A DNA stretch of 64,000 nt, taken from a bacterium. GTDB taxonomy: Bacteria; Bacillota; Clostridia; Oscillospirales; Acutalibacteraceae. Each line of letters starts with the position of its first letter. Positions within the stretch are counted from its first letter, which is position 1. The position numbers and the translations under genes were made by a program. The notes under the pieces are model-generated. The model was given only the letters and a program-made list of their open reading frames with translations. It had not been told where the DNA came from and did not search any database. This document shows positions 52,004-61,919 of the stretch, one piece after another. The stretch spans positions 75,817-139,816 of the forward strand of contig CAVJIV010000003.1 of assembly GCA_963649715.1 (NCBI GenBank), read 5' to 3'.

Positions 52004-53413
52004 ATGGCAGAGGAAAAGACTGAAGTTGACATTTTGTGCGAAAAATTGTTTATGAACAAGAAGCACAGCGCAAATTTTGTAGACGAAGCAGAGCTTCAAA
52101 AGGCGATGGATTTTGCCGAGGATTACAAAAAATTCCTCAACGACAACAAGACGGAGCGAGAGGTTGCACGGTTTGTTGTTGCGGAGGCGGAGAAAAAGGG
52201 CTTCGTTCCCTTTGATAAATTCAAGAAGTATGCACCCGGCGACAGGGTTTATTATCTCAACCGCAAAAAGGCGGTCATTCTTGCGGTTATCGGCAAGAAG
52301 AGCGTTGGAGAGGGCGTAAGAATAGCAGCGGCGCACATCGATTCGCCCCGTCTTGACCTTAAACCGAATCCGCTCTATGAGGCGAACGAGGTTGCTCTTT
52401 TCAAAACGCACTACTACGGCGGAATCAAGAAATATCAGTGGACGACAATTCCGATGTCGCTCCACGGCGTTGTCGTTCTGCGTGACGGCACTGAGGTTGA
52501 GGTCAATATCGGCGAGAAAGAGGGAGAGCCTCAGTTCGTTATTTCCGATCTTCTCCCCCATCTTTCAAAGGAGCAGGATAAGAGAACGCTTGATGACGGA
52601 ATCAAGGGCGAGGAGTTGAATGTTATCGTCGGCACGCTTCCGTTTAAGTCGGATAAGGGCAGCGAGCTTGTCAAGCTCAATATTCTCAAGCATCTCAACG
52701 AGAAATACGGCATGGTCGAGGAGGATTTCCTCACCGCCGAGCTGGAAATGGTTCCGGCGGCAAGGGTTACGGATATCGGATTTGACCGCAGCCTTATCGG
52801 CGGCTACGGTCATGACGACCGTGTTTGCGCTTATCCCGAGCTGAGGGCGATTCTTGATCTTGACGAAGCTCCGGATTACACTGCCGTTGCCGTTCTCACC
52901 GACAAGGAGGAGACAGGCTCGGACGGAAACACCGGACTGAATTCATCATATATGAAGTATTTTATCGCCGACCTTGCAAGAGCGGAGGGACTTATGGTTT
53001 GGGATGTCCTTTCAAAGTCAAAGTGCCTTTCCGCCGATGTAAATGCGGCGTTTGACCCGACCTTCCCGACTCCGTTTGAGGCAAAAAATGCGTCATATCT
53101 CAACAGAGGTATCGTTGTAACGAAGTACACGGGCGCAAGAGGCAAGGGCGGCACATCGGACGCAAGCGCAGAGTTTGTCGGCGAGGTTACGAGAATTTTC
53201 AACAATGCCGATGTTAATTGGCAGCTCGGCGAGCTTGGCGCGGTTGACGCAGGCGGCGGCGGAACGGTTGCAAAATATATTGCAAATCTCGATGTTGATG
53301 TTGTTGATGTCGGCGTTCCCGTTCTCTCGATGCACGCTCCGTTCGAGCTTATCGCAAAGCTGGATGTCTATATGGCGAACAAGGCGTTTTCTGCATTCTT
53401 TAAGGCGCATTAA
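52004..53413 (+). CDS. M18 family aminopeptidase
   Basis: AAHIDSPRLDLKPNP, GYGHDDRVCAY, DKEETGS and SMHAP. ATG at 52004 after AAGGAGG. Confidence 0.88.
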   Translation: MAEEKTEVDILCEKLFMNKKHSANFVDEAELQKAMDFAEDYKKFLNDNKTEREVARFVVAEAEKKGFVPFDKFKKYAPGDRVYYLNRKKAVILAVIGKKSVGEGVRIAAAHIDSPRLDLKPNPLYEANEVALFKTHYYGGIKKYQWTTIPMSLHGVVVLRDGTEVEVNIGEKEGEPQFVISDLLPHLSKEQDKRTLDDGIKGEELNVIVGTLPFKSDKGSELVKLNILKHLNEKYGMVEEDFLTAELEMVPAARVTDIGFDRSLIGGYGHDDRVCAYPELRAILDLDEAPDYTAVAVLTDKEETGSDGNTGLNSSYMKYFIADLARAEGLMVWDVLSKSKCLSADVNAAFDPTFPTPFEAKNASYLNRGIVVTKYTGARGKGGTSDASAEFVGEVTRIFNNADVNWQLGELGAVDAGGGGTVAKYIANLDVDVVDVGVPVLSMHAPFELIAKLDVYMANKAFSAFFKAH

Positions 53414-53448
53414 GGAGAAAATACCGCACATTTAAGGACGATGAAAAT

Positions 53449-54264
53449 ATGCCGCAAAAAGAAATTGACGAAAAAAGATACGAAGACGGACTTGCCGAGC
53501 AGCCGCCGGATTTTGATCCGCAGCTCGGCGAACACCGTTCCCCCGTTCTGATGAGGGTAATGCTTGCAATCGTTAACCTTGCCTCGCTTATCTTTGCGCG
53601 CTCCTTTTTGCAAAGCTGGTACAGCGTGCACGGAACAACCCCTGCGTGGATTCCGCTTGTCTTTTTGCTGATTCCGCTCGGCTCGCTGTTTTTTATCTAT
53701 TATTATATGGGCAGAATAGGCAGCGAACGAATAATAAAGCTTATTTGCTTTGCCGTCTGCATTTTGCATATATCAAATCTGTTTTCACCGATCGATTCAA
53801 AGCAGATATCTCTCGGCAGGGAGGGCTTTTCCTCGGATTTCGGCTATGTTACCGAGGCAGGGAATGCGATAGGAACGGCTTTTCCGTCCGGCGGAAGTGC
53901 AACCACGGTTGACGGAGTCGGAATAGAAAATGAAAACGACAACATCTTCGCTTCGATAAAAGCTTTTTTGAAAAGAGAGAAACTTTATTCATGCACGGAT
54001 GTGGTTTATGAGCCTGAGCAGACGCAGGAATTTGAAAGCTTTATTGAAAAATCTCCTCTGTGGCTGAGCGAAATTCCGGAAGAAATTAAAGATATGAAAT
54101 ATTCGCTCGTTGACGCTTCAAGCTACGATTATTATATTTTTTACGATTGCGACGGCAAGGTGTATAACACGCTTCCGCAATCGGGCAAGCACACCGTCTA
54201 TCAGGTGATGTATAATTCGCAGAACCACGGAATGCGGATTTTGAAATACACTAAAAATTTTTAG
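53449..54264 (+). CDS. Hypothetical membrane protein (3 TM helices plus a C-terminal soluble domain)
   Basis: 271-aa ORF. No family recognised. Confidence 0.55.
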   Translation: MPQKEIDEKRYEDGLAEQPPDFDPQLGEHRSPVLMRVMLAIVNLASLIFARSFLQSWYSVHGTTPAWIPLVFLLIPLGSLFFIYYYMGRIGSERIIKLICFAVCILHISNLFSPIDSKQISLGREGFSSDFGYVTEAGNAIGTAFPSGGSATTVDGVGIENENDNIFASIKAFLKREKLYSCTDVVYEPEQTQEFESFIEKSPLWLSEIPEEIKDMKYSLVDASSYDYYIFYDCDGKVYNTLPQSGKHTVYQVMYNSQNHGMRILKYTKNF

Positions 54265-54276
54265 CGAGATAAATTT

Positions 54277-55878
54277 ATGATAAGAGTTAATGAAATCAAA
54301 ACTCCGTTGGAGGGAACATACGACGATTTGACGGCGGGAGCGGCGAAGGCACTGCGTATCCCGAAAAGAAAAATTCTTTCGCTTGAAATCGTCAAAAAAT
54401 CCCTTGACTCAAGAAAAAAAGAGAACCTCTTTTTTGTCCATAGCGTCGATGTGACCGTTGACGGCGACGAAAAAGAAATTCTCGCAAAAAGCAAAAATAA
54501 AAAAGCGGCGATAGTTGAGCCGTATACATATATTATGCCCGAAAACAGGCGAAAAAGTGAGCTGCGGCCTATCGTTGTCGGCTTCGGCCCGGGCGGAATG
54601 TGGGCGGCTCTCACCCTTGCAAGGGCAGGGCTTTGCCCGATAGTGCTTGAAAGAGGACGGGATATCGACGCAAGAACCGCCGATGTCAACCGCTTTTGGA
54701 CGACGAAAAAGCTTGACGAAGCATCGAATGTTCAGTTCGGCGAGGGCGGCGCAGGCACCTTCTCGGACGGCAAGCTCACGACGGGAATCAAGGATAAGCT
54801 GTGCCGCAAGGTTTTTCTTGACTTCGTTGAATTCGGTGCGCCGGAGGATATTCTCTGGTCGTGGCGACCGCATATCGGAACGGATAAGCTGGTCAGCGTT
54901 GTCAAAAATATGCGTGAGGAAATCAAGAATCTCGGCGGCGAGGTGCTTTTCTCGTGCAAGCTGACGAATGTGATCATCGCCAACGGCGTGGTTCACGGAG
55001 TTACATATGAAAACGAAAAGGGCGAATCAATTGACATTGAAACCGACAGCGTTGTTCTTGCTGTCGGTCACTCGGCCAGGGATACGGTTGAGATGCTGTA
55101 TCGCAAGGGCATTGACATAATGCAAAAGCCGTTTTCCGTCGGAGCGAGGATCGAGCACCCGAGAGAGATGATAGACCGCTCGCAATACGGCGACTTTGCA
55201 GGACATCCTGCCCTCGGTGCGGCGGATTATAAGCTTGCGAATCATTCGCTTCATCACCGCGGCGCATATACCTTCTGCATGTGCCCCGGAGGAACGGTCG
55301 TTGCCGCAACGAGCGACAGCGGCGCAGTTGTTGTCAACGGAATGAGCAACTATGCCCGTGACGGCGAAAATTCAAACTCGGCAATTCTTGTCGGCGTTGA
55401 GCCTGAGGATTTCGGCAGCGAGCATCCGCTTGCGGGCTTCAGGCTTCAGCAGGAGATTGAAGAGAGGGCTTTTGCCGCAGGCGGAGGAGATTACACCGCT
55501 CCGGCTCAGCTTGTCGGCGATTTTCTTCAGAATGTAAAATCAACTCAGCTCGGCAGCGTCAACCCGTCATGCGCAACGGGCGTCAAGCTCGGCGATATCC
55601 GACGGGTGCTTCCCCAAAAGGTGACAGAAGCAATGGCGGCGGCGATTGAAAAATGGGGAACGCAGCTCAAGGGCTTTGACCGCCCCGACGCTGTTTTGAC
55701 CGCCCCGGAAACAAGATCGTCTTCGCCTGTGCGAATAGTTCGTGACGAATATTATCAGTCGCTCAAGGTTAGGGGACTTTATCCCTGCGGCGAGGGCGCA
55801 GGCTATGCCGGCGGTATAGTTTCTGCCGCAGTTGACGGAATACGCTGTGCGCACGCCGTTCTTAACGATGAATTTTAA
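54277..55878 (+). CDS. FAD-dependent oxidoreductase (COG2509-type 'FAD-dependent protein')
   Basis: Dinucleotide fold VVGFGPGGMWAALTLARAG; FCMCPGG; C-terminal YPCGEGAGYAGGI. Confidence 0.85.
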   Translation: MIRVNEIKTPLEGTYDDLTAGAAKALRIPKRKILSLEIVKKSLDSRKKENLFFVHSVDVTVDGDEKEILAKSKNKKAAIVEPYTYIMPENRRKSELRPIVVGFGPGGMWAALTLARAGLCPIVLERGRDIDARTADVNRFWTTKKLDEASNVQFGEGGAGTFSDGKLTTGIKDKLCRKVFLDFVEFGAPEDILWSWRPHIGTDKLVSVVKNMREEIKNLGGEVLFSCKLTNVIIANGVVHGVTYENEKGESIDIETDSVVLAVGHSARDTVEMLYRKGIDIMQKPFSVGARIEHPREMIDRSQYGDFAGHPALGAADYKLANHSLHHRGAYTFCMCPGGTVVAATSDSGAVVVNGMSNYARDGENSNSAILVGVEPEDFGSEHPLAGFRLQQEIEERAFAAGGGDYTAPAQLVGDFLQNVKSTQLGSVNPSCATGVKLGDIRRVLPQKVTEAMAAAIEKWGTQLKGFDRPDAVLTAPETRSSSPVRIVRDEYYQSLKVRGLYPCGEGAGYAGGIVSAAVDGIRCAHAVLNDEF

Positions 55879-55890
55879 GGTAATGCACAT

Positions 55891-57321
55891 ATGAAAAGAG
55901 GGATGCTTACGAAAACGAGACTCAGCGAAAAAATGGAGCAGAACAAGGGGCTTGAAAAGCTCAGAGGTTTTTTGTGCTCCAAAGCCTTTATGGTGATACA
56001 ATGCGTTATCGCCGCAATATTTGTTATCTGGAAGGATAAGGGCGACATTATGCCGCTGGTTTACGGAAACATTCTGCTTGGCGCAATTCTTTGCTTTATC
56101 CTTGTTGTTTGCGAGGATCTTATCGCAACCCTGATGCCGTTCCTTTTGGCGTCGTGCATTTCCATAAAGTGCTATAATTCTTTTGATATTTATATTCGGC
56201 TTGCTCCGCTTGCTTCTGTTATTGCGGCGGCGCTGATTTTCCACTTTGTCGTTTACCGAAAGCCGCTTGACATGGGCAAAACATGGCCGGGCGCAGCGGC
56301 GGTCGCCGTGGCGGTAACGCTCGGAGGCTTGGGCAAAATAACTGCCCGTGAATATTTCAGCGGAACGGCTCTTTTTTACACCTTCGGCCTCGGAATAGGA
56401 ATGCTTCTTCTATATATGCTGCTGAATACCCATTATCACGCAAGCGACAAATATGTTTTGCGCATTCGATTTTCCTTTGTGATGATGCTTATGGGACTTT
56501 TTGTGGTGTTCATGATCTGTCATCATTATTTGATGTATTGGTCGAATTTTGTGTCAAAGTTCAGCCCGCTGTATTTCCAGTGGCGCAACAATGCGTCAAC
56601 GCTGCTGATGCTTGCAATGCCGTTTGCGTTTTATCTTTCGATCCATAAATATCCGTTTTTCTTTATCGGCGGATTGCAATATATCGCAATTCTTTTCACC
56701 GGCTCACGGGGCGGTGCGCTCGGCGGAACGGTTGAATGCGCTCTGTGCTTGATTGTTCTGGTATATTGCGACAGGAAGAACCGAAAGAAAACGCTTATCA
56801 CGATCGCAACTCTTGTTTCCGTGGCCTTTTCCGTTTTTGTTATGCCGCTCATGCATTTCTTTGAGCCTGTGCTGACCCGTCTTGTTGACGGTGACGATAT
56901 CCGTGAGGGACTGATCCACCGTGCACTGGAGGACTTCAAGTCGAATATTTTGTTCGGCAGAGGTCTCGGCTACAGCGGCAATACGGATGTTCACGATCCG
57001 GCAAAGTTTGCTATTTGCTGGTATCATTCCTCGCCGTTCCAGGTTCTCGGCAGCTTCGGACTGGTTGGGGTGGCAGCGTTTTCCCTGCAACTGTATAACA
57101 GAATGAAGGTTATATGGGAGAAGGTAACGGTGTTTAACCTGACTCTTTTCGTTTCCTATGCAGGTCTGTTCATGATGTCGCTTGTCAACCCGGGTGAGTT
57201 TTGCCCGATACCTTACGGAATGATGGCGACCCTCCTGTTTATAATTTGCGACAAAAACAATATTGCCCCGGAGTATTTTCCCGGAGGCAAAGAAGAAGAA
57301 ATCAAAATTGAATTGACATAA
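55891..57321 (+). CDS. O-antigen ligase/polymerase (Wzy_C) family membrane protein
   Basis: Polytopic 476-aa protein with the Wzy_C-like loop ILFTGSRGGALGG and a later HSSPFQVLG. Confidence 0.75.
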   Translation: MKRGMLTKTRLSEKMEQNKGLEKLRGFLCSKAFMVIQCVIAAIFVIWKDKGDIMPLVYGNILLGAILCFILVVCEDLIATLMPFLLASCISIKCYNSFDIYIRLAPLASVIAAALIFHFVVYRKPLDMGKTWPGAAAVAVAVTLGGLGKITAREYFSGTALFYTFGLGIGMLLLYMLLNTHYHASDKYVLRIRFSFVMMLMGLFVVFMICHHYLMYWSNFVSKFSPLYFQWRNNASTLLMLAMPFAFYLSIHKYPFFFIGGLQYIAILFTGSRGGALGGTVECALCLIVLVYCDRKNRKKTLITIATLVSVAFSVFVMPLMHFFEPVLTRLVDGDDIREGLIHRALEDFKSNILFGRGLGYSGNTDVHDPAKFAICWYHSSPFQVLGSFGLVGVAAFSLQLYNRMKVIWEKVTVFNLTLFVSYAGLFMMSLVNPGEFCPIPYGMMATLLFIICDKNNIAPEYFPGGKEEEIKIELT

Positions 57322-57323
57322 AA

Positions 57324-57370
57324 ACACACCGCGCAAGTTAGCTTCAGCTTAACCTGTGCGGTGTTTTATT
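57324..57370 (+). terminator. Intrinsic terminator
   Basis: ACACACCGCGCAagttagcttcagcttaaccTGTGCGGTGT followed by TTTATT. Confidence 0.75.
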
Positions 57371-57425
57371 AAAGCGATTGATTTAAAATTATTTAAGGCG
57401 ATACCGCACAATTTAGGTGTACGCC

Positions 57426-58094
57426 TTAATTGTGCGGAATTGCTTTAATTCCGGCTGCCTTGCGAATCGGCTTAACGCTGATGAGGACAACCGCCATTAC
57501 GATTGAAAGAATCGTTTCGGGAACGCTGAAAGTTGCGTTGTAAATCAGCGAATAAATTGCGCTGAGAGCGTTGCCGCTGAATGTGGAAAGAATCTTTGAC
57601 CCGTAGGACATTCCGCTGCCCTCCGTGAAGAACCATTCGGCCCAGCCGCTAAAGAGGATGTAGCCTGAGAGGAAGTGCGAAACATACTTGAGAACGCAAG
57701 CGAAAAGAGCACCGAGCGCAAACGAAGCCTGCGGATTTTTGATTGACTTCTTGAACACTCCGCTAAGACCGAGCACGCCGAAAGCCACAAGATAGTCAAG
57801 AAGCGCACAGAGAACCATCTGCCACCATTTGAATCCTGCACCCGATGTTGCACCGGAAATTCCGAAAATCATCTGGAGAATTCCGTGAACAAGACCTGCG
57901 CCGAGTCCCCAGCCTGCGCCGTAAGCATAGCCGACAAAAAGAATCGGCACAAAGCTGAAAAGCGTTACTGAACCGCCATACGGAAGCTCGGAAAACTTGA
58001 TGAATGACAGCACCGTTGCAAGAGCAACCATGATTGCGCTGACCGTAAGCTTTACGGTTGTTTCGTTTGATTTGTCAATTGTTTTGCTTTTCAT
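57426..58094 (-). CDS. thiT: ECF-type thiamine transporter S component
   Basis: 222-aa protein with 6 predicted TM segments, immediately downstream of a TPP riboswitch. ThiT-like LPYGGSVTL and WAEWF segments. Confidence 0.82.
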   Translation of the reverse strand: MKSKTIDKSNETTVKLTVSAIMVALATVLSFIKFSELPYGGSVTLFSFVPILFVGYAYGAGWGLGAGLVHGILQMIFGISGATSGAGFKWWQMVLCALLDYLVAFGVLGLSGVFKKSIKNPQASFALGALFACVLKYVSHFLSGYILFSGWAEWFFTEGSGMSYGSKILSTFSGNALSAIYSLIYNATFSVPETILSIVMAVVLISVKPIRKAAGIKAIPHN

Positions 58095-58099
58095 AAAAA

Positions 58100-58255
58100 A
58101 TAACTCCTTTCACAGCATTACCTGATCAAAGAAAATCGCCCGACGGATATACCGCCGGGCGTAGATTTTACTTCAATAGCTTCCTACGTCGGTATTATCC
58201 GAATCAGGTTAAGGGTATAATCTCAGCCGATTTCTCAGCACCCCTGCTGTTGCAA
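58100..58255 (-). promoter_or_regulatory. TPP (THI-box) riboswitch with terminator expression platform
   Basis: Reverse strand: CAGGGGTGCTGAGAAATCGGCTGAGATTATACCCTTAACCTGATTCGGATAATACCGACGTAGGAAGC. The terminator CGCCCGGCGGTatatCCGTCGGGCG + ATTTTCTTT follows. Confidence 0.88.
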
Positions 58256-58304
58256 ATATATTACATCAATTATATCGGTTTGTCAAGGCTTGCAAGCAAG
58301 AAAA

Positions 58305-59681
58305 TCAGTCCATTTTCGGCAGTCCCGCAAATCCCTTTTCAAGGTCGGCGTCGGTCGGGATATAATCGGACATCGTGCCGTCGTTGAATGCCTCATATGC
58401 GTACATATCAAAATAGCCCGTACCTGTCAGACCGAAGAGAATCGTCTTTTCCTCGCCGGTTTCCTTGCACTTGAGAGCCTCGTCAATGGCAACTCTGATT
58501 GCGTGGCTGCTTTCGGGAGCGGGGAGAATGCCCTCGACCCTTGCGAACTGCTCCGCCGCTTCAAAAACCTTGGTCTGCTCAACGCTTCTCGCTTCCATAA
58601 GTCCGTCATGGTAAAGCTGACTGAGCACAGAGCTCATACCGTGATAGCGAAGTCCGCCTGCGTGGTTTGCCGACGGAATGAAGCCGCTGCCGAGCGTATA
58701 CATCTTTGCGAGCGGACAAACCATGCCCGTGTCGCAGAAATCATAAGCAAATTTACCTCTCGTGAAGCTCGGACAGCTTGCAGGCTCAACTGCGATGAAG
58801 CGATAATCGGCTTCCTCTCTGAGCTTTTCGCCCATGAACGGAGAAATAAGTCCGCCGAGGTTCGAACCGCCGCCTGCGCAGCCGATGATTATGTCGGGCT
58901 TAACGCCGTATTTGTCCATTGCAATCTTTGATTCAAGACCGATGACAGACTGATGAAGAAGAACCTGATTGAGAACGCTGCCGAGAACATAGCGGTAGCC
59001 CTCGTTGGTCGTTGCAACCTCAACGGCCTCGCTGATAGCGCAGCCGAGGCTTCCCGTTGTTCCGGGGTGCTCCGCAAGAATCTTCTTGCCGACCTGAGTT
59101 TCCGTGCTCGGGCTGGGAGTGACCGATGCGCCGTAGGTTCTCATGACCTCACGGCGGAACGGCTTCTGCTCATAGGAGCATTTAACCATGTAAACCTTGC
59201 AGTCAAGTCCGAGATATGCGCAAGCCATGCTGAGCGCCGTGCCCCACTGACCTGCGCCCGTTTCTGTCGTAACGCCTTTCAGTCCCTGCTTCTTGGCGTA
59301 ATACGCCTGGGCGATCGCACTGTTGAGCTTGTGGCTTCCGCTGGTGTTGTTGCCCTCGAATTTATAGTAGATCTTCGCCGGAGTGCCGAGCTTTTTCTCA
59401 AGGCAATAGGCTCTTACCAACGGAGACGGACGGTACATCTTGTAGAAATCGAGAATCTCATCGGGAATATCAAAATAAGCCGTGTCGTTGTCAAGCTCCT
59501 GCTTGATAAGTTCGTCGCAGAAAACGGGACGAAGATCCTCAAAGCCCATCGGCTCATGTGTGCCGGGATTGAGAAGAGGAGCGGGCTTGTTCTTCATGTC
59601 CGCACGGACATTGTACCACTGCTTCGGCATTTCCTTTTCATCGAGGTAGATTTTGTACGGGATTTTTTCTGTGTTGCTCAT
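58305..59681 (-). CDS. trpB: TrpB-like PLP enzyme (tryptophan synthase beta, type 2), stand-alone
   Basis: 458 aa with the long TrpB2 N-terminus MSNTEKIPYKIYLDEKEMPKQWYN. PLP lysine context NNTSGSHKLNSA; GGGSN loop. Confidence 0.92.
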   Translation of the reverse strand: MSNTEKIPYKIYLDEKEMPKQWYNVRADMKNKPAPLLNPGTHEPMGFEDLRPVFCDELIKQELDNDTAYFDIPDEILDFYKMYRPSPLVRAYCLEKKLGTPAKIYYKFEGNNTSGSHKLNSAIAQAYYAKKQGLKGVTTETGAGQWGTALSMACAYLGLDCKVYMVKCSYEQKPFRREVMRTYGASVTPSPSTETQVGKKILAEHPGTTGSLGCAISEAVEVATTNEGYRYVLGSVLNQVLLHQSVIGLESKIAMDKYGVKPDIIIGCAGGGSNLGGLISPFMGEKLREEADYRFIAVEPASCPSFTRGKFAYDFCDTGMVCPLAKMYTLGSGFIPSANHAGGLRYHGMSSVLSQLYHDGLMEARSVEQTKVFEAAEQFARVEGILPAPESSHAIRVAIDEALKCKETGEEKTILFGLTGTGYFDMYAYEAFNDGTMSDYIPTDADLEKGFAGLPKMD

Positions 59682-59714
59682 AGCTGTGTCTCCTTTTCAA
59701 AATATTCATCGGGG

Positions 59715-59985
59715 CATAAAAAACAAAAACTCCTGTCCCGACAACATTGCCGGGACAAGAGATATACTCCTGCGGTGCCACCCTGCTTGACACATTTTCG
59801 TGTCCACTTAGCTCGTACCCCATTATACGACGGTTATTGTTAACGGAGTACCCTCTCCGTCTTGCATACTTTTAGTTCTGCTCGCCCTCGGAAGTCCATT
59901 CAACTCTGCTTTTCACACTGTATCGCACCGAACTACAGCTCTCTGAAGCGTCCGCCGGAGTCTACTTACTCTCCCTCATCGGTTT
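59715..59985 (-). promoter_or_regulatory. T-box leader, Trp specifier (UGG)
   Basis: Reverse-strand elements: AGAGAG...GGTGCGA; specifier context GAATGGAC with TGG at 59898-59896; T-box AGCAGGGTGGCACCGCAGGAG; terminator CTCTTGTCCCGGCAATGTTGTCGGGACAGGAG + TTTTTGTTTTTT. Confidence 0.85.
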
Positions 59986-59990
59986 ACTGC

Positions 59991-60019
59991 ATTGTATTAC
60001 AAAAAAAATTTTTTGTCAA
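59991..60019 (-). promoter_or_regulatory. Promoter of the T-box/trpB2 unit (TTGACA-17-TACAAT)
   Basis: On the reverse strand, TTGACA is at 60019-60014, the spacer is 17 nt, and TACAAT is at 59996-59991. Confidence 0.6.
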
Positions 60020-60040
60020 TGGTTTTTTTGAAAAAAATTC

Positions 60041-60072
60041 AAAAAATCCCGGCATTGTCGCAATGTCGGGAT
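60041..60072 (-). terminator. Intrinsic terminator of the 60090 gene
   Basis: The reverse strand reads AATCCCGACATTGcgaCAATGCCGGGATT followed by TTTTTG. Confidence 0.8.
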
Positions 60073-60089
60073 TGTGATATACAAAAATT

Positions 60090-61913
60090 TTATGCTGCTT
60101 TCGGATCGCTGAAGCCTCTCGGACCGAAGAAATAATACAGCATTTCGCTTGCCGTTTTGCAAATGAAAAGAAGAGCGTCGTCCTTGGTCGAGTCCTTTTT
60201 TTCGTAAACGCCGACTTCGGCAAGGGCGTTGTAAAGCTCCTCCTCTGTGGCTTCCTCCTCGCCCTCAATGATTATCGTTGTGGCAAGGATCGCTTTTGCG
60301 TCTGCAACTGCGGCTGAAATCCTCTGAGCATTCTCCGGGCTGACGGTTGAAAGGTCAAGCTTTTCCGCCTCGGCGATATATTTCTTGAGATCTCTTGTGT
60401 TTCTGTGTCCGTTGAACTGCGGATATTCGACCGTTGTGAAAACATCCATATCCTTAACGAGGAGCAGCTCCTTTGCAAGAGAAATAACAACATCGTTTCT
60501 TGCAAGCTTTTCGTGATCCTGATTTCCGAAGAACCATGTCGTATACGGAAATGCGCAGGTCGAAGCATCAACCTGACCATCGGGGGAGATGAAGTCGGTA
60601 TCCGTATATTCCTTCTGGGTGTAGCCGTCGGGAAGCTTCTCGTTGACCTTGGCAAAGGTTGCGCCGAGAGAGGTTGAAGCGGAATGGATTATCTTGTCGG
60701 AATTTGAGTCGGAATCAATAAGGCTGTAAAGCTCAAGGCCGTAGCCGCAAATGTCATATATCTTAACTCCGTTGTCGGCATAATTCTTGAGATTCTTTAT
60801 GTAATTGACCTGCGAATTATGGAATCTTTCAACATCGTCGGCAAACTTTGTGCCCTCAACAAGATATTTTGCGGCAAGCTCGTCATACATTGACGACGGA
60901 ACAAGACCCCACATCGTTGTAACCCTTGCGAGAGCCGAATCCGCAAGACCCGACGCAACGCCGTCAAGAAGTCCGATAACAACGCTCTTCGGCAAAACTC
61001 GGATAGCGATATTGATGAGCCAGCCGGTGTAGGTGTCCTCGCCGCAGAGCTTGGTGAACATGTTTCTGTAAAGTCCTGCGTCACTGTAGTCAAGCTGACC
61101 GAGCATGATTTTTCCGACGATCTCCGAACCGTCGGCGGCAGGAACAACGAGAACAATTTTGTTAATATCCTCGCCCTGCGGATGCTCGCCGACATATGCA
61201 ACCGAAACCGCTCCGCCGAGGCTTATCGGAAGAAGATTAACCTTGTCCTTTCCCGTGTCCTTTTTGGCTTTTTCAATCAATTTTTCAAGGTTATCGACGA
61301 TCTCGTACATATCGCCGAATGAATTATATGAAAAGTAATAGAGATTTTCCTCGCCGACCACATCGGTATAATCCTTGATGGGAACATGGTCGTAGATCGT
61401 TTCTTTTTCCTCCTCGGTGCACTCGGCAACCGAGCGGTTATCGTAATTTTCAACTCGGAAATCGTTTTTCGGCGTGCCGTCCTCGTTATATGCAATGTAG
61501 TCCAGCGCATCATAGACCGCATTGTAAGCTGTCTTTGAAAGTCCGCAATCCTTTTGGGTAATGAGCGAAAGGATTATCGGAACGATGAGCTTAACAACAA
61601 GCTCGGGAACATAGAAATACAGCGGCCAGCCGGTTATCTGCTTGCCGTCGGGGTCAACGGCGTCGTTGCCGTCCTCGTCGAGCATAAAGGTTTTTGCCTG
61701 ACCGATTCCGTGGATAAGGATCGTCGGATAAACCTCATCCTGTTCAAGGTCGGCTACATGATTGCTGTTGAGCAGCTCATCCGTCGCCTCGCCCACGCTG
61801 CCGACCTGAGTCATTATACTTCCGTTGGCGGCAACTGCGGCAACCGCACAGGATGAAACGGAGATAATTACCGCGAGAATGATTGAAATAATCTTTTTTT
61901 CCATGCTTTTCAT
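60090..61913 (-). CDS. Secreted alpha/beta-hydrolase-like (lipase/esterase-like) protein, paralog of 27198..29171
   Basis: 607 aa with signal peptide MKSMEKKIISIILAVIISVSSCAVAAVAA. YPTILIHGIGQA, KVNLLPISLGGAVSV, GVKIYDICGYGL, DGQVDAST and EYPQFNG are all blocks shared with the 27198 protein. Confidence 0.6.
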   Translation of the reverse strand: MKSMEKKIISIILAVIISVSSCAVAAVAANGSIMTQVGSVGEATDELLNSNHVADLEQDEVYPTILIHGIGQAKTFMLDEDGNDAVDPDGKQITGWPLYFYVPELVVKLIVPIILSLITQKDCGLSKTAYNAVYDALDYIAYNEDGTPKNDFRVENYDNRSVAECTEEEKETIYDHVPIKDYTDVVGEENLYYFSYNSFGDMYEIVDNLEKLIEKAKKDTGKDKVNLLPISLGGAVSVAYVGEHPQGEDINKIVLVVPAADGSEIVGKIMLGQLDYSDAGLYRNMFTKLCGEDTYTGWLINIAIRVLPKSVVIGLLDGVASGLADSALARVTTMWGLVPSSMYDELAAKYLVEGTKFADDVERFHNSQVNYIKNLKNYADNGVKIYDICGYGLELYSLIDSDSNSDKIIHSASTSLGATFAKVNEKLPDGYTQKEYTDTDFISPDGQVDASTCAFPYTTWFFGNQDHEKLARNDVVISLAKELLLVKDMDVFTTVEYPQFNGHRNTRDLKKYIAEAEKLDLSTVSPENAQRISAAVADAKAILATTIIIEGEEEATEEELYNALAEVGVYEKKDSTKDDALLFICKTASEMLYYFFGPRGFSDPKAA

Positions 61914-61919
61914 AATTTT

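Noticed and set aside
58290-59843. 213-aa and 296-aa plus-strand ORFs
   Set aside because: They are antisense to trpB2 and run into its T-box leader. They are shadow ORFs.
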